A stretch of 63,986 bases of DNA, the filler included, from Octopus bimaculoides (taxonomy: Eukaryota): the NCBI RefSeq assembly GCF_001194135.2. It is 8 parts of 8 records of this genome, joined end to end, with 100 filler letters (N's around TTAATTAATTAA, not from the genome) between each part and the next. Parts side by side here need not be neighbours in the genome. Positions count along the whole stretch, not along the records: positions 1 to 29,563 come from NC_068992.1; 7 more parts are not named here. One strand, given 5' to 3'. The position numbers and the translations under genes are program-made. This document shows positions 14,524-29,563 of this stretch, piece by piece (within the stretch, counting starts at the first letter, position 1; each line of letters begins with the position of its first letter). The notes beneath the pieces are model-generated. The model was not told the origin of the DNA and made no database searches. It was given only the letters and a program-made list of their open reading frames with translations.

Positions 14524-15332
14524 TACATACATGTAGGTATATAAAGCACACACACGCATACACATGCACACACATACACATGCACACACATACACACACA
14601 CGTTTACAGTTAAACTGAGGAAAAATATTTTTTTGTTTCCCAGTTTTATTGATGAGGTTTTAGTTTGTTGATGCCAGAACAATTTCTATTTTCTCTGTAA
14701 ATATTACATAACAAAGCTTTTCTGCTTGTTTTGCTGAACACTTTGTTAGGACTGACATTTTATGCGTGCATGTGAGTGTGTGTATGTATTTACGGTTTGT
14801 TTGTTTCTCTGTGTGTGCTGTGTTTGAGGTTTTTTAGTGTAAAAAAAGTTGTTTCTCGGAGGTTAGTAATAATGTTATGCAAAGTACAGTGTTGTGCTCA
14901 AGAGAATAAATTTTCGGCATTTCATAAGTATTTCCTATGTAGTCCACAGCAGAGATAGAATGGACATACTTCCAGGTGTTAAATATCACTGAGCACTGTT
15001 GAGTGTTAAAGGATATGTCAATGCTGGGATATCTGCTGAAGTTGAAGCATAGGTAGTAGAGACAGCAGAAAAAAACATAGGTAGAGACAGCATAGGTAGA
15101 GACATGCATATGTACAAGGCAAGATGGTAGAATTGATAACACACTGTGTGAAATGCTTAGTAGCATTTCTTTTGGTTCTTGATGTTCTGAGTTCAAATGG
15201 TACTGATGTCAACTTTGCCTTTCAGCATTTCAAGTTCAATAAAATAGTACCAGTTATACATTGGAAGGTGATGTAATCAACTAAGTCTCTTCCCTCAAAA
15301 TTGCTCCCCTTGTGCCAAAATTAGAATAAATT

Positions 15333-15380
<48 letters not shown>

Positions 15381-15998
15381 NNNNNNNNNNNNNNNNNNNN
15401 NNNNNNNNNNNNNNNNNNNNNNNNNNNNNNNNNNNNNNNNNNNNNNNNNNNNNNNNNNNNNNNNNNNNNNNNNNNNNNNNNNNNNNNNNNNNNNNNNNNN
15501 NNNNNNNNNNNNNNNNNNNNNNNNNNNNNNNNNNNNNNNNNNNNNNNNNNNNNNNNNNNNNNNNNNNNNNNNNNNNNNNNNNNNNNNNNNNNNNNNNNNN
15601 NNNNNNNNNNNNNNNNNNNNNNNNNNNNNNNNNNNNNNNNNNNNNNNNNNNNNNNNNNNNNNNNNNNNNNNNNNNNNNNNNNNNNNNNNNNNNNNNNNNN
15701 NNNNNNNNNNNNNNNNNNNNNNNNNNNNNNNNNNNNNNNNNNNNNNNNNNNNNNNNNNNNNNNNNNNNNNNNNNNNNNNNNNNNNNNNNNNNNNNNNNNN
15801 NNNNNNNNNNNNNNNNNNNNNNNNNNNNNNNNNNNNNNNNNNNNNNNNNNNNNNNNNNNNNNNNNNNNNNNNNNNNNNNNNNNNNNNNNNNNNNNNNNNN
15901 NNNNNNNNNNNNNNNNNNNNNNNNNNNNNNNNNNNNNNNNNNNNNNNNNNNNNNNNNNNNNNNNNNNNNNNNNNNNNNNNNNNNNNNNNNNNNNNNNN

Positions 15999-16032
<34 letters not shown>

Positions 16033-16033
16033 G

Positions 16034-16074
<41 letters not shown>

Positions 16075-17048
16075 TAGATATTTGTATTTCTCAGAGTAAT
16101 TAAGATTAATGAGTATGTCAAAGCCTGAGCAAAGAAACGCTGTTCATTTTCCATACAAAAAATACAAAAAATTCCCGATTGGATGAAATATAAAAGATTT
16201 AACACCAACTTTTGGAAGTTGTTAATAAAAAAAAAAAGTACAAAGGCTCAACAGAATTGGTATGGTCAAACCCCGAGAAAATTTCTATTGTTTGGAAATA
16301 TTATTAAGCATTCGTTTTGTCAAAGAATTAATCATTGTCAAAGATCTGAAAGAATCAAAGATATAAATGTTGCTGAGAATAATGGAAGATGTTTTTTTGA
16401 TTTGCAGGAATTGCCATAATTGTCTGATGGAATCATTGTAAGTTGTTGAATAGTTTATCATTCTCTGTCTCTGTATAGTTGCATGACTGTATGACAGTGT
16501 GGCAGTTTGGTTGTGTGGTTTTGTGTGTGTCATACGGTGTTTACATATTGTGTGACTCTGTATGTGTGTAGGAGTACCGTAATGTGATTTCGGGTGTGTG
16601 TGTGTGTAGTTAACTGCCAGAATGTATTGTTGTCTTATTTTGTAACTCAATGACATCTTGGTTGTGTATGTAGTTGACTGTCACTATGCCTGTAAGATTT
16701 TGTGATTAACCAGCAATGTGGTTGTGTAGTTATCTGATTATCTGTCAGTGTGGTTTTATTTTTACACATTGCATGATTCTCTGTGTGAGTGTCATTGCAT
16801 AGATAAATGATTTTGTAATTGCGTGAATCAGTGAATGTGAGCCTGTAGTTGTGTAGTTTTGTGACTCACTATCAATGTGGTTGTGGAGTTATGAGAAAGG
16901 TATCAGACTGTGACATTGTGTGACTATGTGGAACTGTGGTTATGTATGTGTCATTCTAAGTTTGATGGTTTGGTGCATGACTTTGTTCTGATGTAGATGT
17001 GTTACTGTGTAACAGCATGTCTGCATGGATGTATAGTTGTGTATGTGT

Positions 17049-17266
17049 TATTTCTTTACTACCCACAAGGGGCTACACACAGAGGGGACAAACAAGGACA
17101 GAAAAACGGATTAAGTCGATTATACCGACCCCAGTGTGTAACTGGTGCTTGTTTGATCGACCCCGAAAGGATGAAAGGCAAAGTCGACCTCGGCGGAATT
17201 TGAACTCAGAACGTAGCGCAGACAAAATACCGCTAAGCATTTCGCCTGGCGTGCTAGCGTTTCTGT
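17049..17266 (-). mobile_element. SINE family B
   Basis: Reverse complement of the gactttgcctttcatcctttcggggtcga body plus cccttgtggg tail. Confidence 0.88.
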
Positions 17267-17680
17267 ATGTGTGGGGTTATTTGAAGGCACTAATATGCTT
17301 GTGACAGCATGCTAGTGTGATTATACTAAAATTTTAAGAAAGAGATATCGACTAAAAGAATTAAACCAGATATAGATTATCTTTCAGACAATTATGTTCA
17401 TAAATACACACATATATATGTTCACATGCACAAATATTCATATGCATGCACATACATGCAAATTCTCACACTAACATACAAGTATACACACATGAGTATA
17501 TACACATCCATACACAGGTACATATGCACACACATATATCACCCAAAAATGCAAAAACATAGAGCCACATACATTGTGACAATGTTTATATAGGGACTCT
17601 CTTCAGAACTCATTGTCTTACTTATACCTGTTACCATTATTTTTGTTTTTTACAGATCTGATATGACGCCTATATAATAC

Positions 17681-17711
<31 letters not shown>

Positions 17712-19401
17712 TGTATGTATGTATGTATGTGTGTGTGTGTGTCTGTCTGTCTGTCTGTGTATGTAATATGTGTGTATAGATATAGAATGTGCATGCATAT
17801 TTGTATTGGCTATATATCAATAAATATATAATCAGCATACACCTCCCCACACACACACACACTCATACCCCACCACATATATATATATATATATATATAT
17901 GCATATATATATCAAGTAAATGTTCTTTATTTTAATTTTATTTTATATGTGATGAACAAATTTTGTCATTAGTGAAAACTTCATGACATATTATTCACTA
18001 TGAACCTATGAACATTAATTCACACCACCACTTTCACATTATTCTACCAATTTTCATCTCTGATATTAGCGAGTATATGTAATTAGTAGAGTCAGCTGAG
18101 GCTATAGATTCTCATTATTATAATTGTAGTTTTATAGATGAAATAAAATGTGCTGCCCCCTCTAATTCTGTCAACCTTAAAATCCAGCATTTAGTTTAAA
18201 TGCAAGAACACAACTAGAGACTTTTAAAAATTTCCTCTCATTTCATTTTCTGAGAAACCATTGCTATCATGAGATTTTTAATTGAAATTTTAACAAGATT
18301 AACTATTTGTGTTGTAATAATTTTGCATTCTGGATTACCAATTTAATTCTAAAAAGCTTCCAACTCTAATAATAGAGCTTCTTCTTACATGGAACTGCAT
18401 TGCGCTAAAATTCTTATTGCATTTAAAAAGCTGCAATATATTTGTTAATGGACAAAAGACAACAGTTATTCAAAAGTGAAATTTTTAAATGATCATTGCT
18501 TTAAAGCATAATCATATATACAAACATAATCATACTTACAAACATAGACATAAAAACATAATCACACATTGAAAAGATTAAAATAAAGATTTTGTGTAAG
18601 TTTTCCTAAGCTCCAATTTATTTTTAAAAGGAACAATTCCAATAGTGTTTAAAATGAAATAGACACTTCTCAAACATGCTACCCAATATAAAGATGGTAC
18701 TTTCTTTGCAGTCTTTCTTTAAAATATCTATTTGACATTTGCAGTCTTTCTTTAAAATATCTATTTGACATGTGTTTATATACAAAAGCTTAAACAGTAT
18801 ATAGAATATAATTCTAGGAGACCAATTTAGTCAGAGTACAAAAAAAAAAAAATCAGTTTTGAATATGCAACAGCTTGAATAAACATACTCTAGATTATAC
18901 TGTGAATTAAGGAAACCATGCTAATGAGAACTGTCTACATTGATTGAATATCTCTGGTTTCTATTAAAATGGTGGATATTTGGAAGTAATTTAAATGTTT
19001 GCTTAAATGAATTTATACATGTATGTGTAGGTATCTATGAGCAAAGAGAATCATAAAGATAAGCTGTTAAACAGAGAGATAGACAAATAAAAAAGATATT
19101 ATGGCATGACAGTTTACTTAAACAGCACACCCTTGTGTATAATAATCAACAGGTCAATTTTAAACCTGAGAAACAAACATACAGTATGAAAGGCAACATT
19201 ATATTAGACAGTGATGCTTAGCATTAAAATTCAAATAATGATTGCCATTTGAAATGGTTTTTCTATAGATATGAAGTCAGAAGATAATAGAGTCAAGTAT
19301 TATGTATGTGTTGATAAATCCTCTAAATTGTCCCTTATTTCACTTGAATTACATCAGATCATATAGTTAGAAGAAGCTGAAATAGAAATGCAGGGTGTGT
19401 G

Positions 19402-19444
<43 letters not shown>

Positions 19445-19447
<3 letters not shown>

Positions 19448-19685
19448 ATCATCTCATAAATACAGCAGATTTTTAATACTTCTTTTATTTTTCAAAATTA
19501 AGATAGAAAAAAGTTCTTTTAAATCTAAAATATATTCTCCTTCATTTTCTACAATGCTCTTAAATCTATCTGGTAGACTTGCAAGGTCCCTCTTCCAAAA
19601 TTCACTTGTCTGTTATGAAAAATACTCCTCCAGTATTGTTCTGACCTCATCTACAGAATTCATATTTTCTCTGTCATCCATATTG
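19445..19685 (-). mobile_element. Mariner transposase C-terminal fragment
   Basis: SVDEVRTILEEYFS*TSEFWKRDLASLPDRFKSIVENEGEYILD* matches the mariner C-terminus; abuts an RTE-tail repeat. Confidence 0.7.
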
Positions 19686-20524
19686 GCATGGATTGGATGG
19701 CTTGACAGGAACTGGCAAAGCCAAGGGCTGCACAAGGTTCCATAGTATGCCCTTCTTAGCACCAACCACTCCACAGAGTGTACTGGGTGCTTTTTATTTG
19801 GTACCATCACCAGTGCTTTTTTCCATTAAACCAACACTCACACCAATTCATAAGAAGATAAATTGGTAAGAGATGATACTGGAAATGCATAAGAAAAATG
19901 TGTTTCTGAGATGGAAATAGGGTAAATTCAATGGGGATAGAATAGGCTCTACTCCAATAGTTACAAAGGCTTAAGAAATAGTGCTATAAGAAGTGTGATG
20001 GTGGAGGGGATGTTGGGAAGATGAGTTGTGGGAGAGATGCACATGCATATACATACTTGTGTATATATATGTGTGTGTGTGTATATATATGAATATATGT
20101 ATACATATGTATGTGTAAGTATTGCCATCAAAACATGTGACAATATAAGCATGCCTCTGATAGATAAGACGGCATTTAAATTGTATGGGACAATGAGTCT
20201 GGTGTATCACCATACAATTCATGTTCTACAAAGAATACATGGTCGTTTTGGGCAAGAATCTATATCACTTTTGAGATTCCAATAAATTTTACACAATTTT
20301 AAATTATAATACCTTCATTATATTTGTCACTCATAAATATGGTTCAGTCTTGTTCACTCTAGTAATGTCACTGACTTTCCATTGTGAACATTCAAGCAGC
20401 TTTAGAAACTAAGAACCAAGTAATGTTAGGAGAGAAATGAGACGCTTCTGTATGTTTATATTTATGTTGCTTCAGCAACGGGCATGTACACGTATGTGTG
20501 TGCGTACGTGGGTGAGAGAGAGAG

Positions 20525-20566
<42 letters not shown>

Positions 20567-20714
20567 AGTGAGAGTATGTGCATGTTAGTGTGTTTATATA
20601 TACAATTATAAGCAAATACATATACATATATAAACATATATATCTTCTCTAAACATATATATCTATCTGTGTATCTATTTACCTATCTATCTACCTCTCT
20701 CTCTTTCTCTCTCT

Positions 20715-20759
<45 letters not shown>

Positions 20760-20813
20760 CACATATATAGACATACTTTCATTCATATATATGTGTACAT
20801 ACATATACATATA

Positions 20814-20844
<31 letters not shown>

Positions 20845-21051
20845 NNNNNNNNNNNNNNNNNNNNNNNNNNNNNNNNNNNNNNNNNNNNNNNNNNNNNNNN
20901 NNNNNNNNNNNNNNNNNNNNNNNNNNNNNNNNNNNNNNNNNNNNNNNNNNNNNNNNNNNNNNNNNNNNNNATACATGCACATATATATATTGACTGTCGA
21001 CTGAACACTACTCAATTTTTTTTCTCCGTGTTTTTCTCCTTGTCTCCGTAT

Positions 21052-21088
21052 TCTTTCTGTTGAAGAGCGTAGCTCGAAACGTCAAAGA
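21052..21088 (+). ncRNA. Minimal hammerhead-ribozyme-like motif (non-canonical core)
   Basis: TCTTT-CTGTTGA-A-GAG-CGTAG-CTC-GAAAC-GTC-AAAGA. Confidence 0.55.
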
Positions 21089-21176
21089 CTTTCCGTATTC
21101 CCGAGCGTCATACTAATATATACTTTTGTTATTTACACCACCTGTCCTCGTCTGTTGTTATTATTTGTATATTCTC

Positions 21177-21234
<58 letters not shown>

Positions 21235-22779
21235 GTATGAACTATGAAAATTAAGAAAATACATCTGAACAATTATTACATATGAAACCATTAGCTTCAA
21301 CAATACAAAATTTAATATACATCAAATATGTGTGTGTGTGTGTGTATACACAAGTACACATACACATATATATGTACATATATGCATATATATGTGTATA
21401 TATGTGAATGAATATGTATACTCCTGTATATGTATATATATATATGTGTATACATATGTATGCTCATATATGTGTACATATGTATGCACACACACATATA
21501 CTACAGACTCATGCATGCAAATGCCAAAGTACACATTTTGATAAAATGAACCCACTAATATTTTTTTCTTTGTTGTTTTTCCATGATTTTATTTGTGAGG
21601 TGCATAAATTATCTGTTAGAATCAGAAGGAATAGATATATTGGTGATATTTTTGGTCTCCCCTCCTTGATGTGTGAAGTAATTACTTCACATTTTAACGA
21701 AAGATATTTCCTGCTAAAGATATAAATATGCACACACGCACTCACACACACATACACAAACTACACATACACAAACTACACACACACAATGCACACACAC
21801 ACATATAGAGTTATAAATATTGATTTGTATATTATGTGTTTGTGTCAGTATATATATATATATATATATATATATATNNNNNNNNNNNNNNNNNNNNNNN
21901 NNNNNNNNNNNNNNNNNNNNNNNNNNNNNNNNNNNNNNNNNNNNNNNNNNNNNNNNNNNNNNNNNNNNNNNNNNNNNNNNNNNNNNNNNNNNNNNNNNNN
22001 NNNNNNNNNNNNNNNNNNNNNNNNNNNNNNNNNNNNNNNNNNNNNNNNNNNNNNNNNNNNNNNNNNNNNNNNNNNNNNNNNNNNNNNNNNNNNNNNNNNN
22101 NNNNNNNNNNNNNNNNNNNNNNNNNNNNNNNNNNNNNNNNNNNNNNNNNNNNNNNNNNNNNNNNNNNNNNNNNNNNNNNNNNNNNNNNNNNNNNNNNNNN
22201 NNNNNNNNNNNNATATATATATGATATTAGTGTAGTTTGGTGTTTGTGTGTGTATATGTGCATATGTGTATAGGTGTCTGTGTAATATTCTATATCAATA
22301 CCAGAATATTCTTGTTCTTAAAATATACAACAGTTAATAGAATCAATAACAGAAAAATATATTTAAATTACAGTTTCTTTATTTTTCCTTATGTTGCATA
22401 AAATTGAATAATTTCATAGTTTTTTTTTTGGTTTGTTTTAATTTAATATATTACTCATCTACTTTCAACAAATATCATTATTGTCATCATCATAACCATC
22501 ATCATATCCTATTATCATCATAATTATTAATCATTACAAAAATTATCATCAGCAGTACCAACACAAGTATCAGCAACCATCACAATCATCATTATCAACA
22601 TCATTAGTATTTCCACATTAACATCAACCTGAATTCTCCATCAATGCCATCATCTGCCACTGCCAAACCCGCCAACACCATCCATGGAGACACCTCTACT
22701 TATACTAACATCAACATCATTGTTATCAACGTCTTCACAAGAACTATTGTTTTCATTGTAATTATTATTTGATGTGAAT

Positions 22780-23060
22780 CAAGATTAGTCTTATTCTTAG
22801 TAGAATTGAAGTGAGTAGTGGATTACTACCTGTAACTGTAGATATCCACATGATTTCAATAAATCTTCAAATGCTCAAAACACTTCTGATGATATTTCCT
22901 GTTCTGAAGAGACCAACCTTCTTTATAATTTCTACAGGACATTCCATTCCAGCCTCCTTTCACCATTTGTCTATGTCGTTACTCATTGTCCATCATTCAC
23001 CAATTATTGCAGGTACAACATTTACAGATTTCATATTCCAACTCCTTGCAATTTGAATTC
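22780..23060 (-). mobile_element. RLE-type non-LTR C-terminal fragment
   Basis: WNMKSVNVVPAIIG...DIDKW*KEAGMECPVEIIKKVGLFRTGNIIRSVLSI*. Confidence 0.75.
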
Positions 23061-23214
23061 TTAAGGGTTTGAATTTTTTAAGGTTTATTTAAGGATGTTG
23101 AATGAAATGACCCATGTTTCCAGAGGTGAATTATTCAAAACACTGACTGTACTCAAAGTGTGTAGGCTCATAAGATAAAGAGATGAAAGCATGTGTTAAA
23201 AATAAGGCTACTGG

Positions 23215-23260
<46 letters not shown>

Positions 23261-23280
23261 CAACAACAATAATATTAATT

Positions 23281-23625
23281 GGGGAGCATCATGGCTATGT
23301 GTTGAGATAAATTCTTTGAGGTTTGAATAATTTAATAGGTGCTTCGTTCATCATCTTGAAATAAACATTGTTCAGTGACCTTTTGAACTGAATGGACTAG
23401 CCAACCTGAAGAAACTTTTAACTGGGCCCCACCTGCAAGTTCATGCACTGTTTGTATTGATATGAGATCACCATGTCATCACATATGCTTGTGACGCATG
23501 TACCTGGAGTATCCTTTTCAAATGGGTAATCACAGTGGGTATATTGGACTTCGTATATTTGCACCCCAGCATCACTTTAATGGCATACGTTGCTTTCTCA
23601 TTCACTCAATAATAATAATACTAAT
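23281..23625 (+). mobile_element. Older, shorter copy of the (TAA)n-tailed repeat
   Basis: Shares ggggagcatcat...actgggccccacctgc...gagatcaccatgtc...cactcaataataat with 29674-30266; preceded by (TAA)n at about 23215-23257. Confidence 0.75.
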
Positions 23626-24228
23626 AAAATGAAGAAGAATACCTCCCTTAATTTTTAGTTTGTCTTTTAATTATTTTTTTGCACAGATCATAAAGAAATC
23701 TAAATGAAAAACTAAGACATCAAAATATGAAATGAAATTTTAAAATATAGAAAACAAAGATACAGAAACGGAGAAATAAATGCATGCACACATACATAAA
23801 TGCATATACAAGCACACACATATATATGCAAACATATACACATACACACAGATATACATATGCACACATTTACACATGTACATACATACACACATTCCAT
23901 ATAGTTCCTCGGAAAAAATATACATACAGGAACTGGGTATGTATACACATATTCACCCTTTACATATGCATATCTATACACTCACCTACACATACTGATA
24001 CACATGCCCACACAAACACACAAGAATCTAAACATATATTTACACATTCACAAAAGTATACACGTACATATTTACATATATACACACATCCACAAGTACC
24101 AATCTGAAGACTAATGATTAAATTTAAACAATACCTTATCGAATATATTTGCATTCTCAGCTATATTGCCGAATAGAACAATAAATGCAAATATAAATGT
24201 ATGTGTATATATCAACACACACACACAC

Positions 24229-24274
<46 letters not shown>

Positions 24275-25316
24275 AGACACACACACAAATGCACACACAT
24301 GCACACTTATATACACACAATAACAATACTCACTAACCTGTGAACCTTTATATATACACATTCACCAACCTATCTGAACAGGAGAAACAAATTAAACCCA
24401 ATATATACATGCACAAAAGCATATATATGTATACATATGTATACATATAAGCATCTATACCCACACATATATATGTACATGAATTTATATATATATATAC
24501 ATTATATATATATANNNNNNNNNNNNNNNNNNNNNNNNNNNNNNNNNNNNNNNNNNNNNNNNNNNNNNNNNNNNNNNNNNNNNNNNNNNNNNNNNNNNNN
24601 NNNNNNNNNNNNNNNNNNNNNNNNNNNNNNNNNNNNNNNNNNNNNNNNNNNNNNNNNNNTACATACACACACATATAGATATATATATATATATCTATAT
24701 ATATATATACGCCATATATATATGTTTGTATATGTATGCATGTATGTATGTATTTAAAAAAAAGACAGCATATACATATATATTAAGAAAGAATAACAAG
24801 ATAATGTGTATCTTCCAATTATATTAATAAGATACCCGAAAGAAAATATGTATGTGTGTGTGTACTCTGTGTTCAGAGAGGCAACATACCAACATGGATA
24901 TATGCCAATAAACATACATATATACATACGTGCATATATACACACACACACGTTTTTAGTGTTTGTGTGTGTGTCCACAAATTTGTGAGAAATAAACAAA
25001 ACCTGGCCTCAATTTTACCATCATCATCTCAATTGTTTTTGGAAGCAATTTGGATGTTTCAAACTGTGACAGCTTTCCCATACTGCCAGATCTAATTTTG
25101 TATTTTTAAATATGGTAAATGTTTTGGTTATTTTAGAAAAATGCATGAATAGGTAAATATAATAATTGTTCAAGTATTTGATATGCCACAAGGTTTACAG
25201 AAAATCAAACATTCCAAGAGAGTAGAGAAGAAACTCATATGAGAGAACAAGATCTTTGTATTGTAAACATGTTTTCACAAGTACATATGTACACATACAC
25301 TTACACACAAAAGCAG

Positions 25317-25377
<61 letters not shown>

Positions 25378-27261
25378 TCACCTCAGGAGTGAAATTTGAT
25401 AAATGGAAATTGTTGCAAAAATCCATTGTGCATATATGCACGGGTGCACACCTGAACACACACATGCACACACACACACACACACACATATTTACTTCTG
25501 TGAATTTCAGTTCAAAGGCTGTGGCCATGCTGAGGAGGTGAGGGTTGAGATTTGCACATTCCTATATACGCCACATGCAAACCCATCAGTATATACCCAT
25601 GCATATACAAGCATATTCTTCCCCTTACACATACATGTAAATGCACACACAAATATACATATATGTATAGGTATTCATGTACATGAAATTATATACCCAT
25701 GCACACTGGGATGTAGTTTCACAATCCAATGTAAGATCCAGATCCAATATAGGGAAGGTTCTAGGTACTGTGTCTGCATTTGACCCATTCATGTTCTTAA
25801 TTCATATGTAACCCTACATGGGCATCCTGCCTCGGTGCGGGGTTTAGGGTGCATTCCCTAAAATCCTTTTAACACTTGGCACACAGCTGAATGAGATCTT
25901 TAAGAATGAGATCCTTATTATACAAGCATCCCTACCTATGGCATTGCTTGAAATGCTTGTCCACTAAACTAAGTAAGATCCTTTTCACATAGGTCTTGAT
26001 GTTGAGTGAGAAAGATGGCGAAAACCATATATATATTTATNNNNNNNNNNNNNNNNNNNNNNNNNNNNNNNNNNNNNNNNNNNNNNNNNNNNNNNNNNNN
26101 NNNNNNNNNNNNNNNNNNNNNNNNNNNNNNNNNNNNNNNNNNNNNNNTTATATATATGTATATATGAAAAACCACTAAAATAAATTTTACTACACTGCTT
26201 TCAGCTATACTTAAAAGTAGGGAACAACTCTCACATTTGTGGATATAAGGTTTTTAATTAGGGAATTTTAATAAAGATAATAATATAATAAGGATTCTTA
26301 AAATTATGCTTAAGTGCACCAATTACACACACACACACAAATAAATTCAAATACTTTTCAGGGTAATTCTGGCCGTTTTGATTTTTATTAGCATTTTTAT
26401 TTTATACATTGAAGCGAAACAATAATAAATAATTAGATTTAAACAGAAAATTTAAGTTATAGTTTTCTGGAGGAGGTTTTTTATGTGAAGTTTTTGGAAA
26501 CTTGTATTTTAACCGCTCTGGATTTATAATGCAGAGCATTTTCAGTTGTAGCGGTTGTGGCAGTAAGTCTTTGGATTGAACCTAGGAAACTACGATTCCA
26601 TTGTATTCCCAAATAATCGATACCATTTGTTGGTTACAACTCTTGACAAAAGAATGGTTAATTTTCACAGAAGGGGTGCAATTTGAACTCAGAATGCACA
26701 AGGCCAGAACGGATACTGCAATGCATTCCATTCTATGTTCTAACAATTCTACCATTGGCCCCCTGGACTGTTGCTTCTTTTAATTAACTCCAAATCAATG
26801 AATGGCAAAGCTGACCTCAGTGGTATTTGAATTCAGAGTGCAAAATTTCAAACTAAATTTTCCAATACATTTTATCCAATATGCTAATGAATCTGCCTGT
26901 TGGGTTCCTTTATTATAGCTTTACACAGATGAAAATGTACACAACGTCTAAAATCAGACAACCCTAAGCATTGTCACTTAATTTTTACAGAATGAAATAA
27001 TCCATTTTTTGTCAAAGGCAAAATAGACTGGTTCCAGTTAAGTTGAGAAAATACATGAAGAACTTTGTAATATAATGAATGCTATATTATTTTAAGGAAG
27101 GTGTCAAATATTCACTAGGGTCTCAAAGTCTAGAACCAATGCTCTGGCAGATTCTACATCTTAAAGACAACGCACACACATATATGATTACACCACTTCC
27201 TGTAAACACATAGACATACACTCATATTTCTTCACATGCGTTCATGCTGCCCACCTGACAA

Positions 27262-27717
27262 TTGCATGCACACACCAACAGCAGTTCTGTAATACCACAA
27301 ACAAATGCCACCAGAGTAACATTCTCACATAGATCTCAGACATCTACTGTAAAATCAACAGGCACGAACTATATAACTATAACCATATTCAACAGTGCAG
27401 CTATACCAACTCCAGACAACACCCCCACCAAAAAAAAAAAAATGCAAGAAAATTCTTTTTTAGCCATGATGAATCTGGCAAAAGAAATAAAAAAAACTTC
27501 TAGCACTAACAAAGCACCAACCACTGTTACCCCAGTGCACAACCACACACCAATGCTATCATTGACCCACAAACCTAACTCTATAGTAATGCCAAATGTA
27601 CAAGGCCTTTCATACATCATATGTGTAGTAAACCCTATTTCATTTGTTATGTTGTGGAGTATTATAATACAAAGGAAATGTAGCAGCTTCTGTAAATTAG
27701 CTGAGTTGAGTATTTAA
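27262..27717 (+). CDS. Ser/Thr/Pro-rich ORF with hydrophobic C-terminal stretch (possible mucin-like terminal exon)
   Basis: 151-codon open frame ending GLSYIICVVNPISFVMLWSIIIQRK...; the A/C-rich strand composition could itself suppress stop codons. Confidence 0.3.
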   Translation: MHAHTNSSSVIPQTNATRVTFSHRSQTSTVKSTGTNYITITIFNSAAIPTPDNTPTKKKKMQENSFLAMMNLAKEIKKTSSTNKAPTTVTPVHNHTPMLSLTHKPNSIVMPNVQGLSYIICVVNPISFVMLWSIIIQRKCSSFCKLAELSI

Positions 27718-29099
27718 AGAAAATGATGTCATTTCAATATTTCTTTTATATCTCTCTCACTCTCTCTTTATATCAACATCTGTATGTCTGTTTGTCAGTC
27801 TGTCTATCTATTAGTGTGTGTGCATGTGTTTGTGTATGTTTGTGTGCATGTGTGTGTGTCTGTCTATCTGTTTGTCTCTCTCTCTCTCTCTCTCTTTGGA
27901 AGAGTCTGACCATGGCATGTCTTGCTGAGAGAATGACTTTGTTTAATTACTCATAGTAACTGAAGCATGACTAATGAAGATACATAGAAAAACTAATTAC
28001 TGTACACAAGCACATTGACTAATTAATCACTTTACTTATATTTTCAAAGTTGAATAAATATTTTTCCATCTTCCATACTTCAATAATGTACAATGTTTGA
28101 GTTGCCGGAAACACAGACAGTTGGTCACTGTCAACATGTTATATACTTGTATATACTTGTAAATATATCCTCTCTTTTTTTCTTTCTTTCTCTCTCTTCC
28201 TCTCTCCATGTTTGTGTGTGTGTATATCCTTGGTTTGCCGTCACATGATGGTTGTAAACAAGCATCATGATCATGCAAGTGTTGTTGTTGATTATTTCCA
28301 GTCTTCTGTGAGAAACATGTCTGACCTTGGGAAATATTAACTTGCAGAGAAACAGGTGTAGATTGGTGATAGGAAAAGCATCAAGCCATAGAAAATATGT
28401 CTCAACAAAGTCCATCTAACTCATGCAGATATAGAAAATAATTGAGCATTAAATGATGATGGTTGGAAACAAATGACATAAAATACACCTGTAAAACAGA
28501 GTACACATCATTTTAATTATTCCCTAAAAATTTTACTGATGGACTCGCTTCTGTTTCTCTATTTCATCACCATCATCACCATCATTTAACATCTGCTTTC
28601 CAGTTTCCAATTCAGCCCAATTCATGTAACAGGAGACAGTTCCTTCATGCACAAGTTAGGATTGGATAACAGTTGTGAGAGGCTGAGTCACAAATCATTG
28701 AAAGCATTTTATAGAGATGATAGTGAAATCCCATCCTCAATAGCACTGACAGCTTTGACAACTATGCATACATACTCTCTCACACACACACACACACACA
28801 CACAAATATATATATTCACGTACATATTCTTTGATTCCAAACATTTTCAAAAACACATTGGTACATTTCCAAAATTGTCTAAATTTAGAATTCATCAGTC
28901 AATGATTCCTTCACTAGAGAGAGGGAGGAGAGAGGAGGAGGATGGGAGTGAGATAGGGAGGAGTGAAGAAAGTATGTGAATAAAGTCAGGGGAAGAAGGA
29001 AAATAAGCAAGATGAGAAAACTGGGAATAACAAGATCTGAAAAAGATAAACATCAATAGAAGAACATGTAAGAGAAGGAGTTAAATTATAAAATTAGAA

Positions 29100-29181
<82 letters not shown>

Positions 29182-29344
29182 GAAAGAGAAAGAAAGAAGT
29201 AATAAAGAACAGGTTAGGGGATAGTGACCAAAAAGTGATTGCTGAAGAGTGGTTAAGCAAAAACACAAAATATTTCTGTGAATGATGAATAATGATATGT
29301 GCATGCGTACACGCATGAACAACAACAACAAATTCCATCTGACC

Positions 29345-29540
29345 CATGGAGGCATACAAATGTGGCACGTAAAAAGTACCCACTACACTCTCAGAGTGGT
29401 TGGCATTAGGAAGGGCATCCAGCTGTAGAAACCCTACCAGATAAGACTAGAGCCTAGTACATCTTCTGGCTTGCCAGTCCTCAGTCAAACCATCCATCCC
29501 ATGCCAGCATGGAAAGTAAACGTAAAATAACGATGATCAT
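29345..29540 (+). mobile_element. RTE-type 3' tail copy
   Basis: aaaaagtacccactacactctcagagtggttggcattaggaagggcatccagctgtagaa, homologous to 47390-47569; similar minus-strand copies at about 19680-19810 and 53640-53830. Confidence 0.8.
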
Positions 29541-29563
29541 ATATATATATATATATATATATA

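Noticed and set aside
24340-24388. Small exon candidate with the same tttctcctgttcag acceptor as 9920
   Set aside because: Stops in all frames; the shared 16-mer may be a repeat remnant, which also lowers confidence in 9834-9920
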